A stretch of DNA of 64,000 bases, taken from Callorhinchus milii (lineage: Eukaryota). Where the stretch lies: the NCBI RefSeq assembly GCF_018977255.1, contig NW_024704745.1, positions 39,804,001-39,868,000 of the forward strand, written 5' to 3'. Of this stretch, positions 50,577-62,599 are shown piece by piece. The position numbers were made by a program, and so were the translations under genes. The notes under the pieces were generated by a model, which had not been told where the DNA came from, searched no databases, and worked only from the letters and a program-made list of their open reading frames with translations. Position 1 is the first letter of the stretch, and every line of letters starts with the position of its first letter.

Positions 50577-50952
50577 AATAACAACAATAAAAACTTGCAT
50601 TTATATGGAACCCTTCATGCAGTATATCAGAATGAAGCACTTAGCAATCATGTAGTTTGATGCTGAGCCAGAGAAAAATAGGCTCTCATGGTCAAATACC
50701 AAAGTCTTCAAGTGTAATCTACAGATGGGCAAAGAGGGAGCAAGGTGGAGGGATTGAAGCAAGGAGTTTGAAAGGGTTAGGGCTTAGTGGCTGAAAGCAC
50801 GGTCAGCGATAGTGTAACAGAAGGGTCAAGAGTCGTGCAGAAGGCCCAATCACGTCAAGCAAAGGGGATGGATAGAGAAGTGGGTAGTGAGCAAGTCAGA
50901 GAAACAGGGAGGTGTTGGGGCATGCAGTAATTCATAGGCAAGTTTGAGGATA
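50577..50952 (-). mobile_element. Old L2 3' fragment
   Basis: Reverse complement resembles 40670-41030 (ctttcagccactaagccc...aaactcc). Confidence 0.75.
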
Positions 50953-51796
50953 TACTGTGTGTATTTTTTGTGAGCAAATGCAGCACCCAATTTGCTCACA
51001 GCAATGTCCCACAAACATCCCGAAATATCTTTGGGATTGTAGGTCCGGACCCCAAAGAAATTTCCTTCTCTTTCGATTTATCATTGTTGAACATGCCATG
51101 GGATATTTTCATCATCTCATATCAGAATGAAGAACTTAAGCTTTAACAGGAACTGAACAAAGGGAACAAGATCTTGATCTGTAATGTGATTGTCTGGCAC
51201 CAGAATGGCAACCACTGCATTGAAACAACTGTATTGATGCAATGCACAATTTCATATAATTATATGAAATTATATATAATTTTTTGACAGAACAGTTTGA
51301 TGTTGTACAGTTAAATAGCTTTACTGGTCATTGCAAAGATAAAACAGGGTATTGAAAGTTGCAAAGGCAAAGCAAGGTAATGAACATTGGGCAGGTAAAG
51401 GACAGAAAGGATCTATCCACAAAATACACAAGATTATTAAACAGCACAAGTAGATGATGTTGAGCACTGCACAGTAAATAACTGCTGAAAGAAGATTTTA
51501 TATCTAAAATAAAATCTGTGGCCAGAATCCAATGTTCTTGTCATTTCGTGGAATACTAGTAACTGGGAGCTTGCTGAGCCATATAAGATTTTTCAAATTC
51601 TAACTAATGATATTGTGCATTAAGAGTTTACAGTAGCAAGACGTCTATACAATATCTTGTCTTTTGAAGGTAGGAATGAATAGTATTCAAAAGATTGAAA
51701 ATTTAAATACATTTTCCTCTGCCAAATAATCTCAGGCTGGTTTTGAAAATTCCTACAGTGAGTGTTTTGCCCTATAAGCAAACATTACAGTATATT

Positions 51797-52434
51797 TATA
51801 AGAACATAAGAACATAAGAAATAAGAGCAGGAGTAGGCCATTCGGCCCCTCTAGCCTGCCCCACCATTCAATAAGATCATGGCTGATCTATTCTAACTCC
51901 ATCTACCTGCCTTATCGCCATATCCCTTAATCCCTTTATCCACAAGAAATCTATAAATCTCATTCTTGAATATGTTCAAGGACTGAGCATCTACAGCCCT
52001 TTGGGGTAGAGAATTCCATAAATTCACTACCCTTTGAGTGAAGAAGTTTTTCCTCAACTCAGTGCGAAAGGGCTTACCCCTAATTTTAAGACTATGACCC
52101 CTGGTTATAGTTTCTCCAACCGGGGAAAAAGTCTCCCACTGTCTATTCCGTCATGCCCCTTAATAATCTTATAGGTTTCTATAAGATCACCTTTCATTCT
52201 TCTATATTCTAGAGAATATAGGCCTAAATTGCTCAACCTATCCTCATAACTTATCCCCCTCATCCCTGGTACCAACCTAGTGAATCTACGTTGTACCCCC
52301 TTCAAGGCAAGTACATCCTTTCTTAAATAAGGAGACCAAAACTGCACACAATACTCTAGGTACGGTCTCACCAAGGCCTTATACAGTTGCAGCAAGACTT
52401 CCCTACTCTTATATTCTAACCCTTTTGTAACAAA
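51797..52434 (-). mobile_element. Relatively young shark-type CR1 LINE 3' fragment
   Basis: LYKALVRPYLEYCVQFWSPYLRKDVLAL.GVQRRFTRLVPGMRG.SYEDRL..LGLYSLE.RRM.GDLIETYKI; tail (CTTATGTT)n. Confidence 0.95.
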
Positions 52435-52629
52435 TATATATGGAATATATATGATTGTTTATAGAGCTGTTTGTATGTAAAGACAGACTTATAATATATT
52501 ACTAAGGCCAGTACCAGCTATTGTATATTTTTATATTACTTATACTTTGCATCGTCCCTTTGAAATATTGAAAATGTCATTTGATCTCATCCTTTCAGGA
52601 TACCCACATTACTGTCCTCCCATTACAAC

Positions 52630-52860
52630 ATTGACCTGTTTCTTAAATGTCCAGTTTTCTGGTCTGGCCTTCTGGCCTCAACCACCATTTGTCGTAACTT
52701 GTTACAGCTGTCAATTATCCTTTGTGTAAGAAATTACTTTCTGGTGTCTCTCCTTAAATTGCCTTTCACACTCCTGAAACATGTGCTATTGGGTCTGCTG
52801 CTTTGGCATGTCTGAAAGCATGTTGTGAGTTTATTTTCCCATCCTTTTTAGCATCTTGGT
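52630..52860 (-). mobile_element. Ancient CR1 fragment
   Basis: Minus strand encodes a remnant V(K)GNLRRDTRK.F.TQRII, similar to 1660-1740. Confidence 0.5.
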
Positions 52861-53509
52861 TGTTTGATTGCAGCAAAAAATGTGCTTGATCCTGAGATGG
52901 GTAAGTCATTAATCAAAATGAATTATGAATATGTCAGTAGTTTACTGTAATTCTGATAGTTTGTGTACAAATCAATAATTTATAGTGTGGTCAGTATGAA
53001 AATTGAGTTGCACACTGAAAGACAAATGCGTATAAAAAAATTCTGAATAAATCAGAAGTCCATAATTAAACACAAGCTTTTAACTTCAGCACATTGGTTA
53101 CAAAGTGTACAGACAACAGGTCACACAATACTTCACTTAATGTACATTTTTTTCTCATATTTATTATTATTGTACAGAAATTGAAACACACCAAGAAAGA
53201 GAATGAAAACAGTTGAGTAATTTCCAGATAAAGAAATTAGTTGAATTTTTTTGTTTTCTTTGATGTATTTGCACTAGAATAAAAATATAAGATTGGAACA
53301 TGGTACAATATCTATATTGGGTTCTCTCTTGATTGTACTGCTACTTTCCAATTTACACTGAGTAGAAAAATGAATGCATTTGATATTCGTTCAATAGCTG
53401 CAGGTGTTTCTATGGACCTCAATGTTTATCCTTCTAATAGTACAGTTCAATGCATTAATATATTCATGTAGCAAAAAACCCACCATTATTGTCAAAGAGC
53501 TTTGTCCTT

Positions 53510-55351
53510 TTCCATATTCCAACTGCGAGGAGATGTTGGACTTCCTCGAATCTAAAATCGAGCAGATTTGTTTGGCTACCTCTCCCCTGTCCACCCCTAA
53601 CCCCTCGCCACCTCCCCATCATGCCCCAGCCGCCACCCATCACTCCCTACACACCTTCGGCCCTGTCTCCCCTTCTTTCCTCAACTCTATCGTTTCAAAA
53701 ATGAAGTCCATCACCTGCTCCCTCAACCCTACCCCTCTCCTCACCTCCCATCTCTACCTCTTGGCCCCTCTTTTAACTGACATTATCAACCTCTCCTTTT
53801 CCACTGGTACTGTTCCCACCATCCTAAAAACAGCTGTCATCACCCCCATCCTAAAAAAAACTTCCTGGGACCCATCCCTACTCTCCAGCTATCACCTCAT
53901 CTCCAACCGTCCATTCCTTTCCAAGGCCCTGGAACAAGTTGACGAGTCCCACCTTTGCTTTTTCCTCTCCTGCCATTCACTTTCTGAACCCCTCTAATCA
54001 GGTTTCTATGCTGCCCACAGCACGGAAACAGTTCTGGTCAACATCACCAATGACATTCTGAACATCTGCAACCGGGACTCTCTCTGCCTCTTTGTCCTGC
54101 TCAAACTCTCTGCAGCCTTCAACACTGTCAACCACTCTATCCTTCTACTCCACCTCTCCTCTCAGCTTAATCTTAATGGACCTGCCCTTACATGATTCAA
54201 ATCCTACCTCTCCCACCGTCTCCACTTTGTCACCATTAACGGCTTCTCCTACAGCCTCCGCACCATCACATGTGGCGTTCTTGCCCCTCTCCTTTTCAAT
54301 AGCTATATGCTTCCCCTTGGTGACATCATCCGTAGACATGAGTTCAACTTCCACATGTATGCGGATGATGCCCAACTCTACCTCTCTGCCTCCACCCTCG
54401 ATTCCAGAACTACTGCTGCGCTGACAGATTAACTGTCAGAATTCAAGTCCTGGATGAGACCTAAATTCCTGCAGTTGAACAAGTTGTCAACAAGACCGAG
54501 GCCCTCCTGCTTGGCTCCCGTCAGTACCGTCATACCTCTGGCACTGACAGCATCTCCCTCCATGGATGCACATTACATCTCACAGAGCCAATACAGACCC
54601 TCGGCATTCTGTTCAACCCTCAACTGTCCTTCATACCCACATCCTTTCCTTGACCCACTCCACCTTTCCCCACCTTCGCAACATTGCTTGGCTCCACCAT
54701 GGTCTCACACTGCAAGCTGCTGAGACCCTCATATACGCATTCATAACATTATGCAAACTATGCAAATTCCCTGCTTGTCAGCCTCCCCAATTCCTCCATC
54801 CACAGGCTGCAGATCATCCAGAACTCTGCAGCCTATGTCCACTCCCACATCAGGCTCCGTGACCCTATCACCCCCATCCTCGCCTGACTCCACCGTTCCC
54901 ATCACACAGAGGATACAGTTCAAGATCCTGGTCCTCACTTTCAAAGCCCTTTCTGGCCTTGCCCCCCCCCCCCCCTCACCCACTACCTCCGTGACCTCCT
55001 AACCACCTACCAACTGGCTCGCTCCCTCTGCTTAGCGAGCTCCAGCCTGCTTCACATCCCCCACCTCGCACCCCCCCCACCACCACCACCATTGGCGGGC
55101 CTTCAACCACTTTGCGCCGATCCTCAGGAACTCCATCCCATAGTCCCTCCACCTCTCCCCCTCCCTTGCCTCCTTCAAGACCTGTCTCAAGACCCTCCTC
55201 TTAGGCCGTACCTTTGGTCACCCTTCATCGCCCCCTGCCCTAAACTCTCCCTTATCCCGACCCCCAGTTCAAGTCCAAAACAATGATTGTCCAGTGCCTT
55301 AGGACATCCTCCCGATATGAAAGGCGCTATACAAATGTAATTTTGTTGTTA
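53510..55351 (+). mobile_element. Degenerate L2 LINE (linker + RT + 3' end)
   Basis: [70 protein letters not shown]; type-2 tail. Confidence 0.95.
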
Positions 55352-55809
55352 TATCAAATAGCCAATGTATCAAGATGTTTGCAGCATATCTCTATAAGAT
55401 AGGTCAAAGGATTCAGGATATAAGAAAAGGAAAACAAAATAGAGGAAAGTTCAACAGTTCAAAAATCATAGTATCCAAAGATCAGCAGAAAGCAATGAAA
55501 GAAACAGAAATAAAGCAGAAAAGGAAAACAGCAGCAAAGAAATCATAAGTTATAAATATTAGAATAAAGATGTTCATATGCCCACATGGAAATAGTTCCT
55601 TCGTCAGAGAGCATCTCGTTCCTGTGACACTTCTTGCACCATGAAGTGAATGATTTATAAAAGCTTTACAAATGCATTTGAGGCACTTAACTCTTTGCTG
55701 AGTGAATTTTTGTGACTTCCTCTTCTACTTTAGAAACATAAAGTAACAGTGATAAGTGCCTCTGAGCATCACTATAAAATTACACTAAAAGTTATTTTTT
55801 TGCAATTAG

Positions 55810-56031
55810 ATGCCAGGCTATTCAAAACCTTTTTGTACATCATACATCGACAATAATAGATGCTCAGTGGAATGATGAACATTCGCAAACTCTCGAAGTG
55901 TTTTTGACTAATCTTGCAAGTGATCGTCAAAGTTTAAAACACAAGTTCATGCTTGAATCCTTCCCAATTCCACCAGTTAGTTTACAAGGAGCACTCGTTT
56001 TTGCTCTGAGACACGTGAATTACCTGTGCAG
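55810..56031 (+). other. Candidate 222-nt symmetric coding exon (unidentified)
   Basis: Acceptor ttattttttttgcaattAG, donor CAG|gtgagg, open frame CQAIQNLFVHHTSTIIDAQWNDEHSQTLEVFLTNL...ALRHVNYLC, CpGs retained. Confidence 0.25.
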
Positions 56032-56334
56032 GTGAGGAGTCAGTTTGTGATAAACAATGTCCATCTGGTAGTAGGAATGCACACAAATTCTAGAGATACT
56101 AGAGATAAAGTATATGTAAAAATCATAGTTTCCCAATAACCTATGTCATGCTTAATACCCCTGTAAAACAAACATCATTTCAAATAATCCATGTGGTATC
56201 CATATATAAACGAGAAAGGAGACTCTCCTAGTGTCCTGACCAACAATCCCTCCAAAACATTGATCACTTGCTCCATGGCTGTTTGTGGGATACTTTTGTG
56301 CACAAATTCGCTGCCATGTTGGGTCATTTATTAA

Positions 56335-56741
56335 TATTAATAATAATCCTTGCATTTGATATAGTGCCTTATTACATCTTTGAGATGTCTCAAAGCGATT
56401 CAAATAATATACTGTGAAGTGAATTGACTGTATATTTTGTGAGCGAAACACAGCAGCCAATTGCGCACAGCAGTGTCCCACAATAGTCATGGATTGAGTG
56501 ACCAAATTATTACCAAATCCAGACTGAGTCGTGGATTGAGTGATTGAGTGACCAAAATTTAAAAAAAAATTTTTAAAGAGATTATAACCACCTAAACTGC
56601 TATCCGCCAATCCACTAACAACCAGGTTCCTATTTACTAAACAGATGTGTGTGGAGTAAGCAAACTTGCCCTGCCTGGGAATCAAACCCAGGTCTTCTTG
56701 CATGCTGAGCGAGTGCCCGAACCACTAAGCTACAGGACTCC
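56335..56741 (-). mobile_element. SINE, long form, with an internal duplication
   Basis: Head, Meta-like segment and tail; ggattgagtgaccaaa is duplicated at ~56490 and ~56540. Confidence 0.88.
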
Positions 56742-57329
56742 TCAGGCTTGGAGATAAGCAGAGAAGGCCAGGGAAGGAAGAGTGTTCATGACATAAAGAT
56801 TGAAAATGCATTGAAATAATAAACCACCATATCCATTGCACCTTGCATCAGGTGATGTAAGTTGTGTTTTTTGCATGGAATATCCTATATATCAGGTCCA
56901 CTTGCAAGAATTTAGCCCCAGCCATAGATCACCTTAGAGCTGAGGTCTTGGGGGTTTGCATGGCTTACTGGGATTCCTTGCACCAAATACAATTTACGTT
57001 GTGAGGTTCTTTTTCCAACATGAGACACCAAAATGAGTTTGGTTGTTCAAGCAAATTCGCATTTCTTTGCCGTTTAGGAAAAATCACAGCAGTTTTTTTA
57101 TGTTTCTTATTTTTCTTAAAGTGGTTTCTTATATACACAGGAGACCATACAAGAAATCAATGGATAATTTACAGGACAAAAACAGGAAAAACTGTAATAT
57201 ACAGGGAAATTCTGGTCTTGAAGTGGAGACATGATTAAGAGTTAATTTTCTGTGCTAAGTATCCTGGCAATATAACATGTGTTATGCTGAATATTTAATA
57301 TCCTTTCAGGAAATATATTTTGTTTTGGT

Positions 57330-58800
57330 TGAAACATACAGAAACCTATTGCAAGGTTTAAGGGTATCCTAACCAGACTGAGAGTTTCACACATACAAGG
57401 CAACTATACATTCTGCATCTGGGGTGGAGTAAGCACTTCCTTCCCAGAAGAACTCGCCCTGCTTATCAAATTCTGAAACGTATTCGGTGCAGATTGGCAA
57501 GAACAAAGGCTTAAGGACCTTAAAGTGTGTATTTTGGTATTGCTGGAAGTTAACCAGCATACCTTTGCCATTGTGAATACTGTATATCAGGCCTCTCACT
57601 GGCTGGCCAACTACGACTACCCTACTCATTTAGGCTTTGGCTTGCAGGATTAAGAGGAGTTGAAAAATTCCTGCCCCCAATGACTGGTCTGTCCCTCAAA
57701 GTCCTACTGATGAATCTCTGGTTTGTTAATAGTAACGCAGGCACTCCCAGCTCAGGAATTTGATTATAGACACTGCCTCAGAGCGTTGGCTCAATACTGA
57801 CATTGTATTGCTGAGCACATCACTTTGGAGTTAGCTCAACCCAAAGGAGACCAGACTAATGTTTCCTCATCAAACCGCTAGCCTATAATGCATCCAATAT
57901 ATGTACAGTGACTTAATCAAGCAATAACTTAAGAGCCATTGAAATCACTAAGATTCCCTGGAAGTTCTCAGTCTCACTCAAGTTACCCTTGTGGATAGGT
58001 ACCACAATTTCACTCTGGAACACTGAAGGTGTTCAGACAGAATCCTTGTGACAAACTTTAGAAGGGCATCTCAAAGGCAAGTTGATGGTTCATGTCATTG
58101 AAACTGTAAGACTGTCGACATTCTTCACCACCTATTTCAGAGCAGCTTTTAGAAATTTGGCATTAATAGCGTCTGCACCTGCTGCCTTATCATTAGCAAG
58201 GCGACACCGTGCAGAGTCCACTTCCTCCCAGTGGACCTGATCATTAAAACCTTCAATCTGTTCAACACCTCCCGCCAGTTATTCCACCCTCCATGCAGAT
58301 GGTTCTCTGCTACAGCCTATTGGGTCAGACGCCAACTCCGCATAATACTCCCTTCTTACCACAAGGGTACTCTCATGGATCTGTGGTAGAGCACCGGACT
58401 TGTCCAACATTGGTATCAGCCTGGAGGGGCCCCTCTAGCCATCAACATGACAGACTTCATCCAGTGGAAGAAAGATTTGGGATCACTCTTGTGTAGTTGG
58501 GGTCCCTGACAGAGTGATTCAAGCCCTTATTTTCCCTAATAACCCTCTTAGCCTCATATTGTCATTGGTTGTAAAATACCTTTACAGTGGTCCTTGATTG
58601 CTCCAAGGAGGCTTCTACGATTATTTTAAAATCCCTCTGCTTTTGCCTAATAGCTCTCATCCCCGTTATAGTTAGCTTGACAGGATCCTGCTTTGTGGAT
58701 AAATGACTCACAGGTTGTAGCTTCAGTTTGCTTACAACTTCAGCTGCAAGAAGGGTCAGGAGTTGTATCACAATTCCATTATTCTTCCAGGTCCTGCTCT
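57330..58800 (-). mobile_element. Decayed non-LTR retrotransposon ORF2, RTE-group-like, not L2/CR1
   Basis: Minus translation across stops and frameshifts: DPKSFFHWMK, PMLDKSG, EYYAELASDPIGCSREPSAW, WEEVDSA..LANDKAAGADAINAKFLK, EPST..DALLKFV, VVPIHKG.L...ENFQGI..IS..LKLL. Confidence 0.75.
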
Positions 58801-59714
58801 AATGCATTGTGATATAATTGGATTACAAAACATTTATGCTATCCATGTAAATCACAAAGAAGTTGTGTATTTTGGAATGCGATAGTCACTAACACAATCT
58901 CAGAATTCAGATGAAAGTTCCAAACCAATCATGTCTGTTTGTGTTAGAGTTTAAGTTTAAGAATATAAGAAAGCATGGACTGAGAAAAGGACATTCAGCA
59001 CATCAATTCTACCTCTTTCACAGACTATGGATAATCTGTATATTGTGTAATAGACTCAGTACCATCCATTTAATCTCCTGAGAAAAAGTTCCAGGTCAAT
59101 ACTCCATGATTTCCAAATATGGATTAAAGAGAGACAAAATGGCAGAAATGTGATCCATCTGTTGATCTCCAATATTGAACCCTGACTTGCTGCTCACCTC
59201 AGACACCAGTTCCTCTTCTCCCTGCCTGTTGAGCACATGAATTAGTCCCTTTGAGGTGTTCTTGACCAGACCAAATTGTTACTCCACACAGCATATCTTT
59301 ACTAGTGATATGAACAACAAATATTTACTTTATGTCAAAGGATTTATAAGCTGTGTTTGCTGATGCTAACATTTTTCAAAGTGCAAGGACTTGTGAAACC
59401 TCTGAATTTTAGGAATGGTAAATTACTTTTCAGAAATGAGAAGTGCACCAAAAAATTAAAGATTGTAAGGAGAGTGTTAAGGCAATAACACAGTCATTGG
59501 GTTCTGATGAGTTGTAAACACAAGAATCCTGTTAACACAATTTTTATTTTCATCAGAACTCATAGCTAAGCTACTACTAGATAATTTGCTCTTCTCTTCC
59601 ATTAATATACATTCACTAATTTTTTATTGAGTTGGATTTATTTGTTAGAAGATATCATTGCAAAATAGTAATAATTGTTTTCTGCCAGTAATAGGATTTT
59701 ATTTCCCGATCATT

Positions 59715-60170
59715 CTAATAATAATCCTTACATTTGATATAGTGCCTTATCATGTCTTCAAGATGTCTCAAAGCGCTTCACAGAATATACTGTAAGGTGA
59801 ATTGATTGTATATTTGTGGGCGAAACAAAGAAGAATCCTTCATACGATATAGTGCTGATAATGTTGAGAGCATCTCAAACCACTTCAAAATGCTTCTGTA
59901 GAGTACAGTGACTGTATATTTGTAGGCAAATGTGGCAATCAGTTTTCATACAGCAATGTTCCATGAACAGTCACAAATTGAATGGATTTCATCGGGAGTA
60001 TTGTTGGTCAGCATACTGAGAGAATCTCCTTTTTCTTTTCGAATAATGGCATGGGATATTTAATGCCCACCGGAACAGGCCAACTAGATTTTGGTTTAAT
60101 GTTTCATTCATAGGACAGCACCTCTGACAATGCAGCACTCCTCAGCAATGCACTGCAATGTTAGGCTATT
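59715..60170 (-). mobile_element. SINE tail fragment followed by an old Deu-domain SINE
   Basis: Young tail at 59715-59825; Deu core (tggcatgggatatttaatgcccacc...ggacagcacctctgacaatgcagcactcc) at 59830-60170. Confidence 0.8.
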
Positions 60171-61044
60171 CTATGATTACATCACTAATGAATGAAGTGT
60201 GACCAAGGAGGAAGAGTTACTATTCAAATAAAAACTGGCTTACCATTTGAACTGACAATCATTGACTTGCATATTACTTTAGGAAGGACTAAAACAGTTG
60301 GAATGAACTAAACTGTTTCCAGCACACTGGATGACGTGTAGATATTGACATACATGTGTCACAATACAACTTGCCATTTCTTTGTAATAATAGCTACCAG
60401 TTTTTTCTGTAAATTATTTATCAGCAGCATTTGATGCAAACAGGTTACTAGGACCTGTCCTCTTCAGCTTGACTGCCCTGCTGATAGAATACAATCACTC
60501 AGACATACTCAGATCCTTAGAGATCTGCTCTTATCACTGCAAACCTATAAAAAATCACCACAACTACAGACTATACAGTGCCCAATACTACAACTACCAT
60601 TTGCTAAGAGGTACTTCAGGGTTCAGTGAATAAGCATCATTCTACCTGCTTGCACCTCAGTAAACCATATCCTGGCTTCATTGATGTAAGTTAATCTCAG
60701 GCATGAAGCGGATCAATATCTTTAGCTCGGAAAAGGTGGACATGCTCAATCTTTGCACAGAAACATGAACTTAACACAACTTGACACTTCACTAATCTTG
60801 CCATCTGCAACAATACCAATGTTATCTCTTGTTGGAGGGAAAACATGGTTCAATTTATATAATAGAGAGGACTAACCAAAGGTATTTTGCTGTTGGTGCA
60901 GTTGACTTGTCAGTAAAGCATTATGAGTGCATATAGCAAAGATTTTTTTTAAGGTGTATTGTGATCTATTGTGTAATATACTTTGAAAACACATTTAGAT
61001 TTAGATGGAAGAAACATTATTCTAAAACACAGTTCAGATAAACT

Positions 61045-61335
61045 GAAACAATTCTGACAGTATTTTCAATGGCAAGCTATGCAATTTTAGCTGGTTAAAT
61101 TCTGGCAGTATCCCAATGCACACTCTAACTTCCCCAGGCCTTGGCTCTTGCCAACCTGCTCCTTAGGTAAGCAGGATGCCTATGGAATTAGGTAAGCGGG
61201 ATGCATCCCCCCTTGGTAAGAGTGTGCATTCCATTACAAACACAGAAATTTCCATGTACAAATGGCATACATGGAACTGTCAGTCTAGTTTGAATACTCT
61301 TAGGTAATGTGATGGGTTTCCTCATGTGTCAGACT
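61045..61335 (+). mobile_element. Copy of the unclassified RTE-group-like LINE derivative (3' part)
   Basis: Reverse complement aligns with 17135-17400 and 47130-47400; carries a small internal duplication ttaggtaagc(a/g)ggatgc. Confidence 0.6.
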
Positions 61336-61428
61336 CCCAACTCCCAATGTTTATAAAGCATGGTGCTTTTCCCATCTGAAAAAATGTTTTTCCCATCTAA
61401 ATTTAAATGTGTTTGCAAAGTAATTTAC

Positions 61429-61739
61429 ACAATGGATCTAATTGCATCCATAATAGTATTCCGCTGCTTGTCCTGCAAAGACCACCCATTACGGCTTTGA
61501 CTTGAAGGGTTAACAGGAGCTGAGTGGGAAGAATCCCTACGCAATGACCAGTTTGCCCCTCCAAGTCCTATCAATGAGCCTGCGGACCCACTTGCTTCAG
61601 GAATCGGAACATTGAGACCACTGCAGAGGATTGACCAAATTCCGACATTCAATGCATGTCACCTTGGAGCCTGTTCAGCTTCAAGGAGACCACATTTACC
61701 TTCCAACAGGGAGGATAGTGTCATTTTTCAGATCAGAAT
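61429..61739 (-). other. Candidate exon of an unidentified host transcript
   Basis: Unique, GC-richer island; acceptor ttttcatttcAG at 61741-61740; possible donors AAG|gtaaat (exon end 61700) and TGT|gtaaat (exon end 61429); long stop-free frames on both strands. Confidence 0.3.
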
Positions 61740-62474
61740 CTGAAATGAAAATGTTTTAATTGGAGCTTAACCCATTATTATCATTGTTTCCACTCTCTCC
61801 TAATTGTGAAAAATGAAACACATTAAATTGAAGGGAAAAAACACAAAGGTATGGAAACACCAACATGCAACATGCTACTGATGGTCATTTCCCTCAAGTG
61901 TCCAAACAGGCAGCGATCCATATCCAGAAGTAATATGCCGAACATCTTTAAAGACAGAAAGAGGAAATGTATTAATGTATTCTAAATAACAATGGATTTC
62001 AACCGGGGTGGAGGTGGGGGTCAGATAAGATGCGTTCTGTTCATAGTTAGGAGTTAATCTGAACTCCTTAATGAGATTCCAACTTTTTAATTACTCTCAG
62101 CTACCTTCTCTATGTAGTCCTCTCGTGTTTCAATGTTATTTTAAGCATTGTTAAAAGTTTCTATAGACATACACATCTCTTTCAGGATCTTTTACATCTG
62201 GTCTGATCATGAGCTTTATCAATCTTACTGGAATGTTAGTTGGCACTGCTATAAAGTATCAAAATGCGAAACAGTAACAAGGCAAAGAAATTCAGCTGGG
62301 GCTATCATTTTATCAATAGGAATGATGCTTAGTGATCTTATGGTGGAGTGATCTCAGCAATAATCAATTAACTCTGAGAGGTAAACAGATCTGTCCCTTT
62401 GGCTGTTAGGTAAGATAATATGCTTGTTTGCCAAACCTGCTATTTTGAACTAAGAAATCAAATAGCCACACATG

Positions 62475-62578
62475 ACATACAGTCAATTCACTTTACAGCA
62501 TATTCTGTGAAGTGCTTTGAGATGTCGAGAAGACGTGAAAAGCACGATATCAAATGCAAGGATTATTATTAGTATTAT
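62475..62578 (+). mobile_element. SINE 3' fragment
   Basis: cagtcaattcactttacag...gatgtcgagaagacgtgaaaagc..atatcaaatgcaaggattatt. Confidence 0.85.
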
Positions 62579-62599
62579 GACTGACTGAGGACACAATAA

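Noticed and set aside
51248-51271. Perfect 24-bp palindrome AATTTCATATAATTATATGAAATT
   Set aside because: Real, but almost purely A/T in low-complexity context, with no supporting structure.
52105-52395. 96-aa ORF as a host gene
   Set aside because: It is a CR1 ORF2 C-terminal fragment in a 5'-truncated copy.
53404-55351. Functional reverse transcriptase gene (ORFs at 53404-53997, 62615-63229, 33858-34331, 22534-23470)
   Set aside because: All are L2 fragments with many stops, frameshifts and deletions; no intact autonomous element is present.
61659-61661. Selenocysteine or readthrough at the in-frame TGA
   Set aside because: No SECIS or selenoprotein motif seen, and the frame itself is unverified.
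13677-62578. Recurrent palindromic AGCGCTTT...AAAGCGCT unit as a CRISPR-like or attC-like array
   Set aside because: Copies are dispersed, irregularly spaced, on both strands and always at SINE or L2 3' ends; this is the L2 recognition stem-loop.
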